Positions 39,081 to 48,059 of a stretch of 64,000 nt of DNA are shown one piece after another. The stretch lies in contig NC_092378.1 in NCBI RefSeq assembly GCF_030028105.1, forward strand, positions 30,312,715 to 30,376,714. Direction: 5' to 3'. A program made the translations under genes and the position numbers. This DNA comes from Mobula birostris (Eukaryota). How positions within the stretch are numbered: position 1 is the stretch's first letter; the number at the start of each line of letters is the position of its first letter. The notes beneath the pieces were generated by a model. That model ran no database searches, had not been told where the DNA came from, and worked only from the letters and a program-made list of their open reading frames with translations.

Positions 39081-40882
39081 CACCATGATTTCTATAGTTC
39101 TGATCAAAAAGTTCTAAAACCTGGGCCTCTGTACCTCCCTCTGCAACTGGATCCTGGACTTCCTAACCGGAATACCACAATCTGTGCAGTTTGAAAATAA
39201 CATCATCTTCTCACTAACAATCAAGACTGTCAACAAAGTCATAATTGAAAGCAACAGTTGAATCATCATCTAATTGAATGACACACCTCACTCGCGAAGC
39301 TGAAGAGTTACATTCTAGTGGAATCAGATAAAGAAAGCAGATTTTCTGAAGATTTTTTAAAAGCCAACAGCCCAAGAAACTAGTCATAATGGGCCCTAAC
39401 AATGTTAAACCTGAGGCTTCAATAATTAGACTGCAAATAGAATATATATATTCCCCCTTTCAGTTCTTAAGTATAAATTTCAATATTATAAACCAACTAC
39501 ATTAAACCAGTTATTCTTACGATAATAGTTTCTGTACATTAGTCATAAAGCATGGGAACAGGTCCGTGTTTGTCAAAATACTCCATCCAAGCTAGTCCCA
39601 TTTCCAAGCATTTGCCCGATACTCTAAATCTATCCAATCTATGTACTAATCTAACTTTTTTTGAAAAAGCCTCAGCCACTTAAACTGGCAGCTCATTCCA
39701 CATAGATACAACCCTTTGTTTAAAAGAAGTTACTCTAAATTTTAAAAAACATCTGAGCAATAATTCAGAAGACTTTATCTGAGAGCAGTGTTTGTATTTC
39801 AGAGAAAGGACACTATATAAAAAAAATCCCCTTTTCCAATTATAAAGAATTTCATCTTGAATAAAATCATAAAAGAATATTTTAGGGAAAGGTCACACAT
39901 AGCTCATTTGTGGTCCAATAGTCATTACATTAATGATTTTTAAAAATATGCACCTGTTTTTAAATGTAGTATTCGTGCCTTTGTAATGATTGTGATGATC
40001 AATTGCTACAGCAGTTTCTTTCCCCGAGTATCTTGCTGCACCAATCTGTGAAGAGATGTTGATTATTTCTTATATCCCAATTCTTGAATTTAACATTACC
40101 CTATTACAATAATGTACCATTTAATTTAACTTATTTTGTTTTCCACAAACCTCACATTCATAAGTGTTGCAACAAATTATGCCTCCAGCTGAGGAATGCA
40201 ACTTCATCTCCTCAAAGTTAAACTACTTTTTTTTTCCAATTTAATTGTGTTTTGTTCTGGACCACACTACTTCATAAAAGTTCTTTGGGTGCTTTCCAGC
40301 TATTTATAATTACAAGTAAATAAGTATTTCAAGTTATTACAATTTTCTATCGTTATTTGATAATAAAAAGGAGTAGTTTGTTCCACAGAGTTATACGGTA
40401 CAGAATTACCTCGGTTGAATGAATTCCTTCCATTAAACAATTCATATTCTTATTCCTTGCTACATTGCGCTGGCCTACGCAATATGCCCGCTGTTTTTCT
40501 TAACCAGTAACCATAGTATTTTTGACTCACGCAGCTTCTACAACCACCATTATACTACTCTTCTCCCATATAACACTGACGAATATAACACTCTTCTCCG
40601 GGACACCATTTTCAGTTCCTAGTAGTATTAATTAATACTACCTCCATGTTCAATCATTTAACAGCAATCCCTACCTCCCCGTTCCTGGCTGCATTTTCTG
40701 TAATCAACCTGTAACTTTCCTTTCCACCCCGCACACCTTTAGACTGCATTCCAACCACAGTATCACTGTTAAAGAACATGGAAAGCCCATAACCGGATCA
40801 ATACTACCTTTTCAGCAACATGACAGTAGCTGGAAATTCTCGCATCACTACCCCAGCATTGACCGGTAACTGTTGCACTCAC

Positions 40883-40980
40883 CCGCCCTCTCCTATTAGC
40901 CTATGGGCGTTACAACGTCCCCAGCACCAGACGCTTTAGCTCCCCCATTCGCCGTTTGCATCCCACCTGACCTCCAAATT
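40883..40980 (-). other. RHNO1: Putative non-coding exon 1 of RHNO1 (5' boundary approximate)
   Basis: Minus-strand donor CGG|GTGAGT at 40883/40882 at the edge of the CpG island; implies an intron 1 of about 21 kb. Confidence 0.55.
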
Positions 40981-41039
40981 GCCATTTCATTGGTCCGCGG
41001 TGATAGAACGCTGGAAATTCAAATAATATCTAACTGCTG

Positions 41040-41343
41040 ACGAAGTGTTACAAGAAACCCAGAGGCGATTCGGCGGCCTGGAAGCAGCGACCACGCACAG
41101 GCTGGGGCGGAGAAGCAGACCTGGTTAGGGTGGCGACCCAGACTTTAGGAGTGGCCCGATCAAAGCGAAGCAATAACCCGCAGAGGTCGGGCAGCTAAAT
41201 AGCACCGGAGATCAGGACATCGACCCAGCAGGAACCCGCACAGCACAGCTGGGACTTTGCCATCGCCGTCCCCGGAATGCCCCAGATCGTAAACTAAGAC
41301 AGGGTCGAGGTCGACCCACTTTGCTGGACTCGCTAATATGCAG
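41040..41343 (+). other. FOXM1: Putative non-coding exon 1 of FOXM1 (start approximate)
   Basis: Strong donor CAG|GTGAGC at 41343/41344 in the CpG island; next acceptor TTGCAG|G at 42436/42437. Confidence 0.5.
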
Positions 41344-41583
41344 GTGAGCGCAGAGAGCAGGCTCGATATCGACATCTGGCCTGTATTCGACCCACCGCAG
41401 GCCTCGGTGTAAAACTGCCCAGAGTTCCAGAGTCTCCCCTCTGCTGTTTCCGCAGCGATCTTCCAGCCCACTCTTGGTGTTCACGGGTTGTGCTGGTGCA
41501 GGCTGCCGCGTTAGTAAACTTTAATAAAATCTGTAGTCCACCTGAAATGGACACGTTCCTGACTGAAGTCCAGTTCAGCAGGC

Positions 41584-41700
41584 AATCTGTCAAAGGAACT
41601 GAGCGGATCGATCAATATTAGTCCTGATGCTGGATTTCGACCGGAAACGTCGACAATTCCTTTACTCAGGTGTGCTCAGTTCCTGCGGCAGGTTTTGCTG
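41584..41700 (+). mobile_element. Decayed Penelope-derived short element with degenerate hammerhead motif (41620-41655)
   Basis: AGTC-CTGATGC-TGGATTTCGACCG-GAAA-C-GTC-GAC flanked by inverted GGAACTGAGC / GCTCAGTTCC. Confidence 0.6.
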
Positions 41701-42480
41701 GTGTCTCTCAAGTTCAGTTCAAATGCTACCTCATGCAAAACTACACGCGTAGTTTTAGTTTCTTGGGGTCGCTAATGATAGCGGCACATTTACTGGATTG
41801 GGACCTTGTAGAATATTTTACTAGGAACTGAGCAGACCCCATGATTCCCTCTAATGTCTGTCAAAAAGAGCGTAATCACCCATTTCCGTTTTCTGAACTC
41901 TGCTTTCTTCCATTCGCTCAGTTGTCAATTTCAAAATCCTCCCTCCCTCTCATTTTTAAATACTTGTTTGGCCCTAACAAATCGCGCATTGCGATCTTAA
42001 CTTATAGGGACTAATAAAACGCCTCTAGACTAGTTTCGTCACCTTTCCGAAATAAAAATCTGAATTCCAAGTTGCCTGTAATCAACTGAAGATTTCCAGT
42101 CATTCTATTCATAATAATAGATCTTACTATACTTTCACGCAACAATCCCCTGATTACCCATTCTACACTTTAAAAGAGTAGTCCCAAAATCAAATCTCAT
42201 GGTTAAAGACTATGGCATCCGCAGTTGTCTCAGCTATTTCCTTCAAAACTTTCGGATGGACATCTGATCTCGATCACCTTTGGTATTGTTATTTTCTTGT
42301 CTAAGTACTTCATGTACTTTTCATTCATTAGCATGTATATTTAATTGTATACTTAATGTACTATGGGTCGTATTTGGTCTATTATTTGTTACCTTTATTT
42401 TTGATTAAGTGAGAATTTCTAAACATAATGTTGCAGGCACATCCTTGTACATTACTGAATGAGCTCCTGCTGCACTAAGA

Positions 42481-43117
42481 ATGAAGGCCAGTCCGAGGAG
42501 GCCCTTGATTCTGAAACGGAGGAAACGTCCCCTGACCTTCAGTAACCCTGTGGATACAAAGGACAATGCTGCTGAAGAAAAAAATCCTGGAAGCAAATGC
42601 GAATCTATGGCTGGAGATTTTGATGCAGCTAGTGCCTGCCCAAGTAAAGATGTTTTGGGAACATCACCAAAAAACACAGCCAGTGACATTCAAAAATTTC
42701 CAGAAGGGATTCGTATTGTAAACCATCCATCCATTCCCAACACTCAAGTCGTGTTAATTCCAAGAAATGCTGATCTTCAAAGCATCATAGCAGCACTCAC
42801 TGCAAAGGGAAAAGAAAGTGGCAGTGATGGTCCCAAGAAATTTATACTTTTAAGTAGTAATGCAACTTCTCACCAAAGTCCGCTTTTGGGAAGTAATAAT
42901 TCCTCCTCTGCCCAGGATGGTTTTCCTAATCTGTTAGAAAGCAGACAAAAATCTCTGGAGTTCCATGAAGAATCTAACATGAAAGCTACTGCTTCAGATG
43001 GGAAAGTGACATTACTGGACGCTGCAAACAGTATCAGCATCAAAAAGGAGGAGATGTGCTCCAACATCCCTGAAACACTGGTGCCGTCAGCTTTGTATGA
43101 TCTAGACGCTGATACAG
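42481..43117 (+). CDS. FOXM1: FOXM1 coding exon 1 (N-terminal repressor domain)
   Basis: MKASPRRPLILKRRK, GIRIVNHPSIPNTQVVLIP and IQSII-like LQSIIAALTAKGKESG..GPKKFILLS are diagnostic of FOXM1. Donor CAG|GTAAAA, phase 1. Confidence 0.96.
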
Positions 43118-43489
43118 GTAAAAAACATTCCTTTGTGTTATTATTATACCTGACAGAGGTTAACTAACAATACATTATCCGGATAATTTAATACTAATCA
43201 GCAAGATTCTTTCTCAGATTAAATACTATGTGCAATCATCTACCAACCGTTATCTCTGACAATCTATGTAGTGAAGAGGAGAATGTGTTAGCTGCACATA
43301 GACAGTGCCTAAGGTCAGGATCAAGCCTGTGTGTCTGGAGCTTGAGACAGCTGCACTAACTGCTGTGCACAATACTGTGGAACATAATTACAGGAGCACT
43401 TGTGATATTTTGACAACAGCTCTCTGAAAAGTAGAACCAGGTCAATTTAAAGCCACATTCGCTACATTCACAGGATATAATGTATAGAT

Positions 43490-44320
43490 AATGTAAATTT
43501 CCATGCAAGAGAAATCTCTGAAATTCATTGCCACAGGTGGCTGTGGAGCCAAGTCTTTAGATATATTTAAAGTGGAGATTGTTAATTTCTTGATTACTAA
43601 ATGTGTCAAAGGTTACAAGGAGAATAGTGTTAAGAGGGACAATAACTCAGACATGATGAAATGCTGAACAGACTCGATGGACCATGTGGCCTCATCCTTC
43701 TCCTATTTTTTATGATCTTATAAATTATTCACTTTCTTTATTTTTACAATTTGCATTTGTCATTCTTCTGTGTTAAATTTCATCTGCCATGGGTAGCCTT
43801 CTCCCAATTCGTACATTTCCAAGTCTTAGACCCATTTCGAGCTTTGCATTGATAAGACTATAAGATATAGGAGCAGAATTAGGCAATTTGGCCCATTGTG
43901 TCTACTCTGCCATCTCATCATGGTTGATCGATTTTCCCCTCTGCCCCAATCTCCTGCTTTCTCCCCGTATCCCTTCACGCCCTGACCAAGGCCTCCACAG
44001 CTGCCTGTGGCAATTAATTCCACAGATTCACTACTCTCTGACTAAAGAAATTCTTCCTCATCTCTGTTCTAAAAGGATGCCCCTCTATTCTGAGGCTGTG
44101 TCCTCTGGTCTTAGACTCTCCCATCATAGGAAGCATCCTCTCCACACCCACTCTATCAAGCCCTTTCATCATTTGATAGGTTTCAATGAGGTCACCCCTC
44201 ATTCTTCTGAATTCCAGTGAATACAGGCCCAGAGCCATCAAACACTCTTCATATGACAAGCTATTTAAACCTGGAATCATTTCCATTATCCTCCTTTGAA
44301 CAATTTCCATTTTCAGCACA
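43490..44320. mobile_element. Two CR1 3' fragments (plus strand about 43490-43720; minus strand about 43855-44320)
   Basis: LGLYSLEFRRMRGDLIETY...RKNFFSQRVVNLWN on the minus strand; CR1 3' UTRs present. Confidence 0.8.
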
Positions 44321-44667
44321 TCAGACTAATCAAAATAAGACTAAACAAAATGAATAGGTGCTTAAGAATGGCCTGCTTTGCCTGGGTTCAGTGTTTCATT
44401 GACTATATTTGTGTTAATCAAACCACTTACTGATCACCTACTAACAAGGGCCGCCACTTAATTGTAAAGCTAGCCAATAGCCATAAGATGATTTCTCTGC
44501 AAGTGTGGTCGCGATCCTGATCTGGTAGAATTCAATCTCCTCCAAACCCTTCACATCTCAAAAACAGTCTCGAGACATGGGGATACTAGTTTGGAAAAAA
44601 AAATGGGTTGATAATATGTCTGCGGGATGAAGCCCAAGAATATCACAATCAGATTTAATATCACTGG

Positions 44668-45931
44668 ACCTCACAGCTATCTGGACTATTCCTCTTCTCA
44701 CCCTGTCTCTTGCAAAAACGCCATCCCCTTCTCGCGATTCCTCCGTCTCCGCCGCATCTGCTCTCAGGATGAGGCTTTTCATTCTAGGACGAGGGAGATG
44801 TCTTCCTTTTTTAAAGAAAGGGGCTTCCCTTCCTCCACTATCAACTCTGCTCTTAAACGCATCTCCTCCATTTCACGTACATCTGCTCTCACTCCATCCT
44901 CTCGCCACCCCACTAGGAATAGAGTTTCCCTGGTCCTCACCTACCACCCCACCAGCCTCCGGGTCCAACATATTATTCTCCGTAACTTCCACCACCTCCA
45001 ACGGGATCCCACCACTAAGCACATCTTTCCCTCCCCCCCTCCCCCGCATTCCGCAGGGATCGCTCCCTACACAACTCCCTTGTCCATTCGTCGGCCCCAT
45101 CCCTCCCCACTGATCTCCCTCCTGGCACTTATCCGTGTAAGCGGAACAAGTGCTACACATGCCCTTACACTTCCTCCCTTACCACCATTCAGGGCCCCAA
45201 ACAGTCCTTCCAGGTGAGGCAACACTTCACCTGTGAGTCGACTGGGGTGATATACTGCGTCCGGTGCTCCCGATGTGGCCTTTTATATATTGGCGAGACC
45301 CGACGCAGACTGGGAGACCGCTTTGCTGAACATCTACACTCTGTCCACCAAAGAAAGCAGGATCTCCCAGTGGCCACACATTTTAATTCCACATCCCATT
45401 CCCATTCTGACATGTCTATCCACGGCCTCCTCTACTGTAAAGATGAAGCCACACTCAGGCTGGAGGAACAACACCTTATATTCCGTCTGGGTAGCCTCCA
45501 ACCTGATGGCATGAACATCGACTTCTCTAACTTCCGCTAAGGCTCCATCTCCCCCTCGTATCCCATCTGTTACTCATTTTTATGCACACATTCTTTCTCT
45601 CACTCTCCTTTTTCTCCCTCTGTCCCTCTGAATATACTTCTTGCCCATCCTCTGGTTCCCCCCCCCTTGTCTTTCTTCCTGGACCTCCTGTCCCATGATC
45701 CTCTCGTATCCCTTTTGCCGATCACCTGTCCAGCTCTTGGCTCTATCCCTCCCCCTCCTGTCTCCTCCTATCATTTTGGATCTCCCCCTCCCCCTCCAAC
45801 TTTCAAATCCCTTACTAACTCTTCCTTCAGTCAGTCCTGACGAAGGGTCTCGGCCTGAAACGTCAACTGTACCTCTTCCTAGAGATGCTGCCTGGCCTGC
45901 TGCGTTCACCAGCAACTTTGATGTGTGTTGC
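44668..45931 (+). mobile_element. Penelope-like element, second copy of the 4826-6620 family, 14-bp TSD, inserted in a Rex tail in FOXM1 intron 2
   Basis: Near-identical to copy 1 (YLDYSSSHP; VIYCVRCSRCGLLYIGETRRRLGDRFAEH). TTTAATATCACTGG at 44654-44667 and 45932-45945. Confidence 0.93.
45832..45869 (+). ncRNA. Minimal type I hammerhead ribozyme (intact core, first stem I pair mismatched)
   Basis: CAGTC-CTGACGA-AGGGTCTCGGCCT-GAAA-C-GTC-AACTG; CUGANGA at 45837-45843, GAAA at 45857-45860, GUC cleavage triplet at 45862-45864. Confidence 0.82.
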
Positions 45932-46795
45932 TTTAATATCACTGGTGTCTGTTGCGAAATCCGTTTATGTAACAGCAGCAGTACCATGATAAATATAGAA
46001 AAAACAATTACAGTAAGAATATATATATGTATATTAAATAGTTAAATTAAAAATAGTGCAAAAACAAATAATAATAATAAAAAGTGAAGTAGTGTTCATG
46101 GGTTTGATGGCCAGATGGCAGAGGGGAAGAAGCTGTTCTTGAATCACTGAGTGTGTGCCTTCAGGCTTCCATACCTTCTTCCTGATGGTAACAGTGAGAA
46201 GAGGCCATGTCCAGGGCGATGAGCGTCCTTAATAATGGACGCCACCTTTCTGAGGCACCGCTCCATGAAGGTGTCTTGGATTCAAGATGGAGCTGACTAA
46301 TTTTACATCTTTCTGTAGCTTTTGTGCAGTAACCTCCCCCCACATGCCAAACAGTGATGCAGCCTGTCAGAATGCTCTCCATGGTACATCTGTAGAGATT
46401 TTAGAGTGTTTTAGGTGACAGACCAAATTCCCTCAAACTCCTAATGAAATATAGTCACTATCTTGCCTTCTTTATAGCTGTATCAATATGTTGGGACAGG
46501 TTAGATCCTCAGAGACCTTGACACTCAAGAATTTGAATTTGCTCACTCTCTCCACTTCTGATCCCTCTGAGGATTGGTTCGTGTTCCCTCGTCTTACCCT
46601 TTCTGAAGCTCTTTGGTCTTACTGATGTTGAGTGCGAGGTTGTTGCTGCGACACCACTCAACTAGCAGGTATATCTTGCTCCTGTATGCCATCATATCTC
46701 CATTTAAGATCCTGCCAACAATGATTGTATAATCAGCAAATTTGTATATGACGTTTGAGCTCTGCCTAGCCACACAGTCATGGGTATAGATCAAC
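45932..46795 (-). mobile_element. Rex1/Babar LINE 3' fragment
   Basis: YTHDCVA...KFADYT, LNISKTKEL and ESILTGCITVW on the reverse strand. Confidence 0.85.
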
Positions 46796-47299
46796 CTGCG
46801 AGGAAGGAGTAGGACTGTGCTTTATTGTAGTTATGCCAAAGGTGTACTTCAGTGCAAGGGCAGATATGGAGGCACCTTTCAACATTTACCTATCAAGTTC
46901 TCAAAAATGGTGTTGGTCTAACATGCTGTGTACAGCATTGTTTAACAATGAGGTTTCAGGTCGAAGGCAAGTAGTAACAGGATGACAAGTAGTAACAGGT
47001 TTAGGCCATTCAGTTCTTTGAGTCTGCTCTGCCTACCTGTACATTCTATCAAAACGCCATATTCCCACACTGACCTCGTATCTCTTGATGTCTATGAGTA
47101 TACAAGTTGTAAACTTGTATGATGAAGTATCTCCTATTCTCATTGCTATACTGTTATTATATCTTGTAACCTGAGACTGTGATTCCCTTGTAAGAAGTAT
47201 GCAGGGAATGAAAGGAGCAATACATCTGGCTGCTCGGGATATCCTCACTACAGAATATTCATAGTCTTTAAGAGTTTGCACATGTCAGCTAGATCTTGT

Positions 47300-48010
47300 A
47301 TCCTTTTTTCCTTCCCTGCTCCTATTTCCACCAACACAAAGCACCCAAGAAAAACTTACATGGCAACCGTCTACATCTCTCCATGCCACACAAGTTGAAG
47401 GACCATTTTTGTGTGTGTGTGTGATAAAGAGATGTACAGTTTTATTTGGCTTCATTTGATGCTCAGTGACATTACCATTACTAATTCTTGATCTTGTGAC
47501 TTGTGAGATAACTAAGTGCATGTGTACTGAAAGAAGGCAAGGACCAGAGACAATGTACTGTCCCTGCAGATTCCTACAGCCTTGAAGCAGCTTAAGCACA
47601 TCAGTGAGTCCCCCCCAAGATACACAAAATCCTTATTTTTGACATGTATTGTTATTCCTTCTTTGTTGCTGGATCTCAGTTCTGGAGCTTTCTGTGCAAC
47701 AGCACTACGACCATTTCCTACAGCACTCCACACCAAGTGGGAAGCTCATCACCAACTTCTTAGAAGTAACTAAAGATAGTCAAAAAATGGTAGCCTTGTC
47801 CACAATGCCAAGATTCCAGAAATGAATAAATGAGGCCCATCCATGGGGTAGCCAGTCCCTCCTCATGTTCTTATTGTATCTTTCCAACCAGCTACACATC
47901 CTTGCGGTTACCATTTCTCGTAATGAAAGAGGATAGAGATGGAATGAGATGAGGCAGATCTTAAATGGATTTTTCCATCTGCATATACTCAGGAGACAGA
48001 CACAATTCAT
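47300..48010 (-). mobile_element. Ancient RTE-like LINE remnant
   Basis: Reverse-strand KDFVYLG and VTRSRISN remnants resemble the RTE ORF C-terminus; very decayed. Confidence 0.4.
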
Positions 48011-48059
48011 ATTACTGAGGCAGAACTGTAGTGAAGTTGTGTATCATGTATGCATTACA

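Larger units (their letters stand above)
34915..39225 (+). mobile_element. Decayed Rex1/Babar LINE split by three younger insertions (Penelope-end fragment, SINE, L1 derivative)
   Basis: FGKSDHL near 34910; [10 protein letters not shown] and YIRMLFVD at 36130-36270; resumes at 39094 with [15 protein letters not shown]. Confidence 0.85.
40840..41560. promoter_or_regulatory. Bidirectional FOXM1/RHNO1 CpG-island promoter with CCAAT, CHR-like, MYB-like and GC-box motifs
   Basis: CpG-rich block between divergent genes; ATTGG 40989-40993, TTCAAA (reverse TTTGAA CHR) 41018-41023, TAACTG at 40867 and 41031, GGGGCGG 41104-41110. Confidence 0.8.

Noticed and set aside
41160-41593. Overlapping minus-strand ORFs in the promoter region (also ORF 7711-7932)
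   Set aside because: Stop-poor GC-rich CpG-island sequence with no recognisable protein motifs.
43118-43167. C-terminal tail of ORF 42481-43167 as a short single-exon protein
   Set aside because: Read-through past the CAG|GTAAAA donor; FOXM1 homology continues at 54849.
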